The position numbers were made by a program, and so were the translations under genes. 64,000 nt of DNA from Lingula anatina. Taxonomy: Eukaryota; Animalia; Brachiopoda. Below are positions 24,601 to 37,400 of this stretch, piece after piece. Below the pieces are notes generated by a model. That model was given only the letters and a program-made list of their open reading frames with translations, was not told the origin of the DNA and ran no database searches. Within the stretch, counting starts at the first letter, position 1. Each line of letters starts with the position of its first letter. The stretch spans positions 2,418,001 through 2,482,000 of the forward strand of contig CM120646.1 in assembly GCA_051362555.1 (NCBI GenBank), given 5' to 3'.

Positions 24601-27600
24601 TGATTTTGACGTCCAGTTAAGTTTTTTGTCCTCAATCTTAATGTCTCCTCCCCTTGGTGAATGGGATATATTGTCCAATGAGCCAATTTTTGATTCCGTT
24701 TGCCACTTTAGTTTTCTACTTTGTATTTTAACCTGGCCCCCTCCAGGAACATGGTCTACATTGTCCAAGGACCCAACCTTTGCTTCATTTCTCCATCTTA
24801 GAGTTCTCTCTTCTATCTGTACATTCCCACCCCCTGGTTCATGGTGGTAGTTGTCCAGGGACCCCACTTTGGAGCCTGACTGCCATGATGGCTTTTCACT
24901 CTTAATTTTGAAGTTGCCGCCACCTGGTTTATGGTTCAATTTTTCCAGAGAACCAACTTTGGCATTTGACTTCCAATCAGTACTATTGGTTTCTATGGCA
25001 ACATTACCTCCGCCTGGCTGATGGTGATAGTTATCCAATGAACCAACTTTGGCAGTTTTATTCCACTTGGTATTGTGGTGAATTATACTGACATTACCAC
25101 CGCCGGCTTTGTGGTTTATATTGTCCAAGGAACGCACTTTTGCCTCTGCTTCCCACCTCAGAGGGGTCCTATACACCATGTATCTGTAACCAGAGAGAGA
25201 CGATGTATCATCTCCACTGCCATTGGTGGAATGGTTTTCATTTTTTGCTGTCTTTTGACTCATGTTTTCACGCCTCACCAACTCTGGGTTGTCCTTTGCG
25301 TACACAGAATATTTCCAAAACATTAGGGATCCAAATCCATTTCAAAACTTCACTTTTGTTCTAGTTACTCATAGTTCTTACAGAATTCATGGTATTCCTT
25401 TTCACATCCAAAAATCAAATGCTCTACCTGTTTAAATGAAACATTTTTGTTATTAAATTAACATGTTTTGTGTCCTCTTGTGCAAATGAAAAAGAAAAAG
25501 TAATATGCTAACTGAAATGGTGAGAGTACCATGGGTTATGACATGCTGTCTCCTCTGTGTTCCATTATTTGTTCCCTAAACACATTCCTCAAAAGGTTCA
25601 TAAACATGAATGACATTCTTTTAAGCAGGTATGAATTTCCATGTCATGCTCCTCATGTCTTGCTGTCCACAATGTTTCAATACAACTGTATATTCACACC
25701 CTTAATCTCTGCCTGCACTATTTACGTGTGATAACTTGGTGATAATCCAACTGATCTTAATTCGATAATTAACCAGACGTCAGGTCAGTAGCATGTGAAA
25801 GGTTATAGCTTAAATCCTTTCGAGTCAAATAAGATAATCCTCTTGTGCTTGATAAGTCAGAAGCACGTACACAAGGATACCTCTCATCCGCTGGTAAATG
25901 TCAATATGATGAGGGAATTTGTACTGTGTTCTGTGCAACTTTGGTCTAAATGTCAATTTAATGCTTTGGTGTCCCTTCTTCACACTGCAGATTAATTTCC
26001 CCTGGTATTTTAAGTGCAGGGTTTATCTAAATAGTGAGATCTCTTAGTTGTAAGTTAAATGACTTGGAATGTTCACGTTTCTTCTGTAGTGTTCAAGAAA
26101 TGTTCATATTTCAATCTTGAACACTGCTACAATATTTGGTCTCATCTTTTCAATAAAGCAACAGTTATTTGTTTTCCCTCACTGTTATTGACTTTTTTTT
26201 TTTTTTGGGGGGGGGGGGGAGGGAGAACAGTATAACTAAATATGCACTCTTTGCACAAATCTCTCCATTACTGTCTTATAGCAGGTGCGTTAGTGATAAA
26301 TGCCTTTTCATAAGTCTCATTGATTTTCCCATCCCCCATTATTGATTAACTGGCACATCCAAATAAACTACAAAATGACTTTCATTAAAATGTATCTTCA
26401 AATCCCCCCTGCAGTTACCAAGCAATCTATCCTTATGAAAATCCTACATAATCTACTAGCAGCATCCTGCAGTATCCTTATATAAATTGTTGCAGTAATT
26501 CATGGGTACTTCATTGCTATTTATCATTAATAAAGATAGTACGATTATTTCCAGGTATATAGAATTAATGCATCTTTCACTATAATCTTCTACCTGTAAA
26601 TGTACCATAAAAAACCAAGGTCTAAATTATCATCTTCTCCTGTGGAGTAATATATAAGATTACCCTATAATTGGGACAAGTGAGACTAATATGCTATCAG
26701 TCAACTAATGTAATCTTACGTAGACAGAACATTTACAGTAAACAGCACACAGCTGTTGGAGATAAACGTCCCTGTTTAGGTACCAAGACAAAGCTGCTCT
26801 TTCAAACTGTCTTGAGAGAAATTTCCACTGAGTTAATGTCTCTGCTCCTGCCTTAGTAAACTTCCAGGTTTCTTCAGTGCAGCCAATTTTTTTTAAATTC
26901 CAGTCTTCGACTTAATTTATTGTAATAGAAAACAATGGTTCCTAATTGTTTTCATGTAACACTGTGCTAACTGGTTTTCTGTTTCAATCTACATCCACCT
27001 TGAAGTTAAGTTGCTTATCAGCATCCATAGGGGGGAACTCTTTCTGAAAATAATTTTAAAAAATTAGTCAATATTTAAAATAGTCTCATTATGCTACACA
27101 AATAAGGCATTAACTATTGGTATCTCAGAAAATATATTTATGTCAGAAAATGATGCCTTTTAAACAACTTAAAAATATTAAATCAGAGAATTCACAGTAA
27201 CTGTTCCTTTACTGGAGACAAATTCTACATGGGTCTGTGAAAAAAAAAGGACCTACTAGTATGACCAAATAAGAGTGCACTTCTTTCAGATTACCAATTT
27301 CACAACTCATATGAAAATGTTAAATTAAATGTAAATGATGCAAATATAAATAAAATGTTTCCATGTACTTCATTAAAAACAAAATGTTTCTTATTATAGG
27401 TGATATAATGCCAAAGTGCCTTTTAAATGTAAGAAATATTTATCAACTAGGTGATTTTAATGGCTTGTTTCTTTCTGCTTTACATATATCTGCCTACAAG
27501 TAGCATTTGCATGGAGTCCTTTCTCTATTAAGTATACTCAAGGAAATGGCTAAATTGACACCATTATGAGGGGAAATGCACGAAACGATGCAAGAGAATT

Positions 27601-30600
27601 AAAATTTTCTGTGTCAAAACAATAATCGATAATATGCGAGCAATGCTGATTGTGTGATCCATTACTGAGATTCCTGGCGACAATGCCACATCAAATACAA
27701 TATATGTCTATTTAATATGTGAATAATCAGGAATGCGAAAAAATTAATAGAAATTGTTGGGCCATTAGTTATTATTAAATAGTAACTGCAAATGGTAAAA
27801 GGTAGAGAAAGATGGAAATGATTTTTTCCATGGCTTGAACTAGAGTGATGATACTGATATAATACTGAATGTTTGCAATGAAAAATCCACTCTTATTTTA
27901 TGAAAATTTAATCAAGGTTTTAAAATCAAGATTGACATTAACTTTGCTATACCACCAGATAAACACTTCTAACTACCTTTTTTTTCAAAAATGGAAAGGT
28001 CAGTATATTTGAACAATTGACCATTTTGCCTGGGACACATTAAAAAATCAATCTTCTTTTGTTCTCAAATATTTGAGGACATGTCAGCATTTGAAACATT
28101 TAAGTTTGGCAAATATATAAATGCTAAATGTTTAAGTTGGATAGAGGAAGGGGAAATATTGTAACCATGGTGGCTGAGGGATGTGAATTGATGACCAGAT
28201 AAACATTGTGGAAAAAGTGGCCATTTTGTTCATGTGGACTGTGCAAAGTTATGGAACATTGGTCGTAAAAATACAGTTATGGGAGGTCTGTAGGTTTTAC
28301 AGTTGGGAAGTGCTAATAGACCTCAAATATGTTTGCATAGTAATTATAAGTGTCCCAAAGTCCTATACATGAGAATAAAATAGTAAAAGAAATAACAATG
28401 GATGAAAACACAATACTCAAAACAAGACATAATAGTTTAAAAAAAAAAGGGTGAAAATTTGCTTACCAAATTGAGTTGGAATTTCCTTCAACTGATGTTG
28501 TCCATTTGTGTCATTTCTTCAGTCTAAGAATGTTGTCTTTTTCAATCAAGATCAGCTACTGCTCACTTGGTGATAACAGTTGTACACAGACAACTCCGTA
28601 ACGGTTGTTACACTTATGAAGTCCTTAAGCACAAAAGAGATGTCCCTCGCTTCCTTGTTTTCCACCTGTTAATTATGTTAAGTGATCACCATAGCAACGA
28701 AAGTTCAGCAGAAATAGGATTGTTTTTTGAAATAGTTCATATCCCTTACATTCTCTTCTCCCACTCCATGAATGACTGGATGATTCAGGAAGGTTTTCGA
28801 TCCAGATAATAACGTCATCAATAATTTAATTGAATTACCCGAATGTTATTTTCCTCACAATACAAAGTCTTCGTTGTAATATGTAACAAGTAATTTCCCT
28901 GCAGTCAATAGTCTGATAGACTTTTTTTTTGAAATCCCAGTTTTTTTTCCCCTGCTACATTTATAGTTATGTTTGTATAAGTTGATACATGTGCACAGGG
29001 AAAACACTATGCCAATTGTTTGCTACGGCAAAAAATGAAGTCAATATTGAAACAATGTATGGCAACTTTTAGCAAACAAATAATTTCTTTCGAGCAAATA
29101 TTTGGCTTTATACCGTAAGGAAAAGGTAATTTGCTCTACAGTTTGAATGCTTATTAGTCAAAAGGTCTTCAGCTTTCTTTCTTCGCAATAGATGACCCTT
29201 GCGTGGAATTACCAAGGTATCCTATATGTTTCTTTCATTACTCTTTGAAAAAATTACGATATAGCTCAAAACTGTGATGTTCCTTTACACACTGTTTTTG
29301 ACTGATCATGTCACAACATTTAAACAGTATCAGCCATTGTCTGGTTTCATATTATTACAACTAGCTCCGACTCGATGTGTATAGATGGAAACGATCCAAT
29401 ATCTCTTTTCTACATCTCCTATCCCTCCTTCTCACTTATATCCAATATCTCTTTTCTACATCTCCTATCCCTCCTTCTCACTTAATGGACATAATCCACT
29501 TCAAGTCAGTGCCATCACGTTTTTTCCTCTGTAGGTACACGTTTCTATCTACCGGTGTAGAAAAGTCTAATGCTCCAAAGAATCGGTGCAGTCCCCAAAG
29601 TCAATAGTTACAACAAACAGAGCGGACAGGTTTGATACTGTTACTAATTAGACTGTGTGGTTCCTACTCTCAAGGTCATCTTCCTCTGGCCCCTTTGAAA
29701 ATCAATATTTGGGGCAGGGGGGGAGGTAAGGAGGAAGGGAGAAGTAGATAATCTTTTACCCAGACAAGTGACTGCTTTGGAGAGGATTGTGCAGCATTTT
29801 ATGAAGATTAATGCAGCTCCAAAACCCCCTTTTTTTAAATTCAGATAAAATTTAATGCTCAGGCAGAAAATAAATTTGAATAAGTAAGGACTTCTTGCAC
29901 ACCCTCTCCCACCAGTAGAATAACCTGCCATGTTTTAACAGTATGGACATCTTTTATACACATATCAACACATACTGGTCCCAATACACGCAGTGGAATG
30001 TTTCAACATTAAGCAATGAAAATAAATAAAAGTGAAAAGGCAGCATTATCGAGTCAATACAATAAAATCTACAGGAAAAGGGAGTCTTTTCTTGGTAAAT
30101 ACAATACAATTAGTGAACACACTTGGTCATTGTGAATTGGCTGTAAATCTACAATGGTGCATTATGGAGTCGATTAGGTGTGAATGGAGGGACCAACTCT
30201 GAGATGATCTGCAGACTAAATCAATGCCACGACCACGCGGGTCAGTGATTTCCTTAAAAGTAGAGCCAAAGTGACACAAAAGATAGAGACTTATGGGATC
30301 TTTATCGTAATATGTTATTCTGCTTTTTAAGGTATTGATTTAATTGTGCATTAACATGGTCGCAGAAAGTGTAATAAATGCAATATATTAGGTTAAGGTG
30401 TGTAAGTGTGTTTTGCACCCACACCTGTTGTTGTTTTTAGTGTAAATGCGAGCAAGAAATTTATACCGTGATTTAGATTGCTTTTTCAACAGCCTCACCA
30501 TAAACAACTGTATACTATTAATATTAATTTCAAACAAAGAGGGCATACTCTTATAAAGTATGAACTATGCATCCCACATGAAATAAATTACTATTAAAGA

Positions 30601-31434
30601 TTTGAAACAATTCTAAACAATTTCCAAAAGAGTTGATAAAAATACATCATCTATAAAATTTCTGGGAAGTTGGTTTTTAGAAACAATTCATGTTTTCAAG
30701 ATATCCCATCAGGGCTTTAATGGGAAATTTAATTATCCTACTCAAAATTGATCGGTCGAGCCATCCCTGTATTTGGATCAAATGACATTGTTTTAAAGAA
30801 TCTTTACAAAATAATTTAGTTCTAAACGTGTGGTTAGATACTGTATTTAGACTGCCACAGACTTCTTGACATTTCAGAAGGAAATATCGCTGCAGGTACT
30901 TTTGGTTACTGGGCTTTGGCATTTTAAAGGTCTGAATAAGGAAAGATAAGTAGCTCTGTAGGATATTAAGAAACAAAATATGATTCTGCAACATTAAAAA
31001 GCCTAAAGCATATTTTAAACTTTACCAATTTCCCACTATACAAGAACATAGCAGGTTTGGGTTTGGCTTTCCTGTCACTTAGCATTAATAACCAGGGTGA
31101 AATATTCAAATAAAATAAATCAATAGATAAAATCTCTCCACTTCCCACCTCTGGAATGAAGTTTTATGATACTGGGATACTAATAAATGCAACATCTAAT
31201 ATATCAAATGTCATTACTGTTCTATATTAACAGCAATGTTTTAATAAATTGTTCATACCAGTTTGCAAAGCCATTCATAACCCAGTAAGGCTTTCATGGA
31301 TATAGCATAATTGTATTTTATTTAAGTTCCATCCCCACACGCAATAATTATACCAAACATTTATGGAAAATTTGTGGGCAATTTCAGCCAAAAAAAAAAA
31401 ATAATAATAATAATAAATAAATAAAAAATAATTA

Positions 31435-31485
<51 letters not shown>

Positions 31486-34400
31486 AATTATTGCATACCT
31501 GTATTTCTTGCACATCTTGGATGTCACCAACACTGCTGCCTCCTTCAGTTGATTTTGGAGACTTGGGTGGAGTGTCCAAGGAACCAACCTTTGCGTGGGC
31601 TTTCTCTTTGAAGTCTAGTTTATGAGATTCAATCTAAAAAAAAAAAAATTAGCAATTAGTTAATAATATGACACATGAGATGCCCTGACACATTTATGCA
31701 AAGATTTAGAATTAGTATAACTAGGTTTTCACTTTTCTTTTCCAAGTATTTTTACTACTGATATAAAAAATGTTTAACTTCTTGTATTAGAACATACATG
31801 TATTCAAGACAACAAAAATATTGTACATCAAATGCACCTCTTATCATCGAGAGACACAACTGTCTTAGATTAACACATCTGTAAATTCACTAGATCATTA
31901 CATACTGCCTCTTTGCCCAAGGAAGTCACTGGTTTTAAACAGATTAAATCTCAGCTTCGAGGTTTTAATTGCTAGGCCCCTGCAGCAACAACCTGTGTAG
32001 AGTCAGGGAGACCATCAAGGAATTAGCAGCATTGTTTTTTAAGTGGGGTCGGCCATATTTAGTCAGCCAATCAATAAGTCTGCGGATCATCTGTGCTTAA
32101 TGTGCTCAACCTCTATATATAGGAAGTCCCAGGCCATTTGGCAACAATTAAGCTACAATCCCTACCTTTTTGTCCCCTCCTCCAGCTTTGTGGGTTATAT
32201 TATCTTTGGATCCAACTTTTGAATGGGCTTTATCTTTAAAATCCAACTTCCTGCTCTCAATCTAGAAAACACATTAAAAAACCTCATTAAAAACAGCCAC
32301 AGTAAGTAGATGTGATGACCACTGTGACTAAAGGTCTCACAGTTCATTTGACGGGCAAACCATGTTATATGAATGTCAAAAATTCAAGATGTCATGATTG
32401 ACAGAAGACAACATGCAAAGTGCACATACACATGCATGTTGAGGAACATTCAAATAAAAACATTTTAAACGACAAGCTCATGGAGGAATAAAAAATCAAA
32501 GTTGTTAATTAGAATTGTAATTTAATTACAGAACATGCCCACAGACAATATTAAGTCACTTCTCTGTATTTACTGTGATATCACATACAAGGAGCTGAAT
32601 GCGACAGGTGAGATTTTACTAACGCAATGGTTGTGACAATATGATTTCTCAAACCATGGAAGGTGAGGCTACTTTTGATCCTTCAAAATTTTCTCAATTA
32701 TAATTCAGATATAAATTAAATAAAATCCACAACAACAAAAATATAATTTTGTTAGTTGATCACTAATATTCTATCAAACCACTAGTTCTACAGAATATTA
32801 GTTCTCACGTAGCTAATAACTGCCTACACATTCAAAGGTAAAGTGCACATTCAAATTGTCCCAGGGTAGTCTGTTCTTATGAATTCTTGTACTCTCTTTT
32901 ATTTTTACCATGATAATCATCAAGGGTTTCAAAAGTCATCCCAGTATTGATTAATACTTAACAACAGATATGAACATTTTGAGAATTGCAACCCTGGTCA
33001 CAAAACAGTTAATAAACAAACAAACAAAAAATAAAGAGTTTCAATTTGGAAATTAGGGCAGTTAGGAAATGGAATTGGACACTTTGCTTAGTTGGAAGTC
33101 CAGCCATAATGAAAAGAATGACTAACAATGTGTAAACCACAAACTGAAATAACAGAGATAACGTTCAGGTGAAGAATCTGAAGAACTGTTTTAGAGAGAA
33201 TCACTGCAGATCTTTACAAATTGAGACATCTGTTGACCAAGGATCACTTTATGACACATCAAAGATGGGATAGATGGTGACAGTGAGAATAACAACTGCA
33301 CTCTCAAACCTTTCTATCAACTCAGAGTTAGATAATACAGCTAATTAAGAATACTGCACATATCACTTAGAAGTTGGAGGGTATCACAGTAGAGTAAGTG
33401 CACGTTAAGATAAAAACTAAGTACATGGCTACTATATTAGACACTGGTCAGATTCAGCATAATTCACAGCCATTAGAAATATAGCAGATGCTGTACACTG
33501 TAAGAGAGACAAGGTGTCTGCTAGACACATCACTGCAAACTCTGAGTCAGTCTAAGTTCACACTGCAAGCTGTAAGCTACACTAGAGCTACATATTTACT
33601 TGAACAGTGCCTCCGCCAGCCACATGCTCGGCATTCTCCAAGGAACCAACTTTGGACTGGGCATGCTCACTGAACTCCAACTTCTCGCTGAAGATCTTTT
33701 TGTCACCTCCAGATGGAGTATGAGTAGAGTTTTCAAGAGAGCCAATACGAGAATGAGCTCTTTCGCTGAAATCTACTTTCTCATGGTGAATCTGGACATG
33801 CCCACCCCCTGCTGTGTGATGGGCATTTTCCAGAGATCCAACTTTAGACTGGGCATGATCCTTAAATTCAAGTTTTTCATCATGGATTTTGACTTTCCCC
33901 CCTCCAGGTTTGTGATCAGCTTTCTCTAAGGACCCTATGCGGGAGTGAGCCCTCTCTTTAAAACCCAATTTCTCATCGTGAATTTTGACTTTCCCGCCAC
34001 CAGGTGTGTGAGTGGTATTTTCAAGAGAGCCAATACGAGACTGAGCATTGACTTGGACTTTCTCATTGAAGATTTTCTTCTCGCCACCTCCTGCTTTGTG
34101 ACTGGCATTTTCAAGGGAGCCGACCCTGGAGTGAGCTCGCTCTTTGAAATCTAGTTTCTCGTTGTGTATTTTGACATCGCCCCCAGAGGGTGTGTGTTGT
34201 GCATTATCAAGCGAGCCAATGCGGGAATCTGCACGCCATTCAAGCTTTTCATCATGTATCTGAACAGCAGGGAGGAAACAAAGGGATTAAGCTGGGAGCG
34301 AGCAATCTGAAAACAACTGATGCTTTCTGGTCCTTTGATATTCAAGTTTTAGAAAAATCTTCATTTTCTCTTTGCATTTTGTTACTTGACCATGAATGTT

Positions 34401-37400
34401 TTTGATAAAAAAAATTAAAAAAAAAAAAAAAAGATAAATTAAACAAGGTGCACAAGGCTAGTTAAAGCTTTTACTCAATTATAGGCAATAACAGACTATT
34501 TCTTTTAGGAAATCATCATATCATCTTATATCATAAGGATCAGAAAGGATCAATTTCCCTCAAAAATTGTTAAAAAAACTAAACAATTTTCATGAACAAG
34601 ACAGTGTATAACACATCTCTGTTGTGCAATTTGGTTAATACAGACTAACGAGGATGCATGTCATTTCAATCAAAACTGAGGGGTGACATTACATGTGACA
34701 TGCATTACTGAAACTAAAAAATTTATTTGACATTCATTTTTTAAAAATGAACAAATATTTTCTCATTTACTGTAATATAAAAGTTCAAGAATATAAGCCA
34801 TAAAATAGTATGTCAATATAGAAGACAAAACAGCTTCCGTCGGTTTTACCACTTATCACTGAAAAAAAAATCACTTATACTACATTAAACCTACCTAGAT
34901 TTTCACCTGGTTTCCCATAAATGCCTTTTACCATGCATCTTAATTTATTTCATACATAACAAATGCTGCAGACTATCTTTTAACAATCTGATCACAGTAG
35001 TCAAAGATAGTATTGCAAGAAGGTAAAAATGTTTAGTCAATTCTGTATATGGTGGTTGCTTGTTTGTTTACTCTGAATCTAGACTTAAACCATTCACATA
35101 TCCACACAGCACAAAGAAAATGTCAGATTATGCAGAATGTCAGTACAGATGAAAGGTTGAAAGAGAAAGAAAGAAAGAAACATGAACAAACAGGTGCTGT
35201 AATTGCTCAAATTCTGTGACATTTTTTTCCAACTTTTGTTAATGAATTGTTTTTCAAAAAGTAATGAGTGAGCTAACCAAACTATTAATACATGTTAAGT
35301 TCTGACATTTAACTAAGGACACATCCTTGCTCAAATTGTGATAATTTAACTAGGACAGACAATATAAAATGCCCCTCCCCCTTAATAAATGCCCGCAGAC
35401 TTAATTTGTGAAGTAAGTAAAATAAAGAGGTTTACGCTGAAACATTTTTAAAATAGTAAAATGATAGCACTGTCACAGTTTCAGATAATTTGTGTATCAA
35501 GTGTAGACAAGTTTTAAAATGAAAACCATCAGCCTCAAAAACAACAAATAAATGGTTAACAAAATTGTCACATGTCATAAATTATGTCATATAGGTGTAA
35601 AAAATAAGATCGCAATTTTTGTAAGAGTTTGCAAAAATAACTGAACACCTAAACATGCCAGAATGTTGCACATATAAAGCACCCAGTTCAAATAAAAAGC
35701 GTTCACATTTACTAAGAGTGTTAATTATCAAGCTGACAAAAGTGAAGAAGTAACTATCTACCCTAGAATCTAACTAGAAAATGCAGTGTTTTTCCCCACA
35801 TTACATGGACCAAAAGCAGGTCCAGTTATGACATTTGAACACTTTGCTAAATGCAGAACCACATCTTGCAATGGTAGTGACAGTGCAAGGAACTACAAAG
35901 TAAAATAAAAATTACCTTGACTTTTCCACCTCCAGGTACATGACGGTTATTTTCTAAGGAGCCAACTTTGGAACCTGCATTCCACTCTAACTTCTCACAG
36001 TGAATCTGTTATTTTTATTTATCAACAGAAGAAAAAAAATACTTTCCTATTAAAAATAGCTAAAGTATGATTCTTGTTTTCTTTTTTAAAATTTAATTTA
36101 AAACAATCAAATACCTTTCATCCTGCCTCCCAGACTTATGACCCTGATAAACTTATGTTTGAAACGTTAACATATCACATTGATTATTGACTAGAACATG
36201 TATAAAAAAAACCTCTGCAACGGCAAAGAAATTGTGAAATCTTTGAAAATATTATTTACTTCCTAAAATATTACATCAAAATAATAGCTTGCAATTTATC
36301 ATAGGCTATATCTTCAAACCCCCTTACAATATCCAAGTAAAATTTTTGCTTATTGGCATGTTCCACTCAAAAAACAATATACAGTATGTTAAAACATAGA
36401 CCTTCAATTTACTGTGTCTCGATATTTTTCATTTTTTACAAATAGCATTATGGGTAGAGAATGGATAATACATGGTAAGAGGATGCTAAGAAAAAGGCTG
36501 CGAAATAAACCAGGGAAGATATAAAAAGCAGGACACATGCATTCTTATGTCACCAGCTCAATGCACAGGTTATTAACTCCCCCCCCCCCCCCCCCAAAAA
36601 AAAAAAAAAAAATGTTTGAGCATTGAAAAAAAACTTATATTTGAGGTGTTATTCTATTCTGAGCAGGTCAATGACCAAATGCTTTACCTGCTCAATGGTA
36701 TGCATGACATCACCACTAGACAGAATCTTCCATTCAATATTTTATTTCTGTTTCCCGTCCACATTCTAGTGGGAGTCCCAATAAATCCTTACCTTTTTAT
36801 CACCACCGCCTGCTTTGTGCTTAGCATTTTCTAGTGAGCCCACTTTGGATTCTGCCTTCCATTCTATTTTCCTGTCTTCAATCTGGTTCAACAAAAGAAC
36901 CAACCAAAACCCTTGTTACTTTTGAAACTCAATTAAAAGGATAGCTCAGCCAATAAAGATCTTTGTTAGAAGCTAGATGGAAATCTATTAGTATTTCATG
37001 AACCATATACTAGTAGCTATATACAGGAAAGCATAGTCAATTTAACCTTTTGTTATTATGAAAATAGAAATTTAAGAAATGGAAAATTAATTGTCTTTCA
37101 GATGCGATCAATATATTTTACTCAAGATCAGAGATGAGACTAAAAAAAGTATTGTCCCTTCATTTCCACCCCCAGGTGAAATTCCAAAAGTACCCACAAC
37201 TACCTTTTTGGTCCCGCCTCCAGGCTTATGTTTTGCGTTGTCCAGCGATCCTACTTTGCTTTCTACTTTCCATTCAAGTTTTTTGCTTTCAATCTGAAAA
37301 TCAACATACAAAGCAAGCTAAATAAAATGGCACAAAATGCAATGCACATGCAATGCTGGGTTCACACAACATCATTTATCTTTCTTCTTACAGTTTAAAA

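Noticed and set aside
25170-25205. Acceptor-like tctctctctggttacag inside the nested ORF as a way to fuse it to the host MAP
   Set aside because: It is phase 2 relative to the ORF; a phase-0 host donor would read IHGV* and not the repeats.
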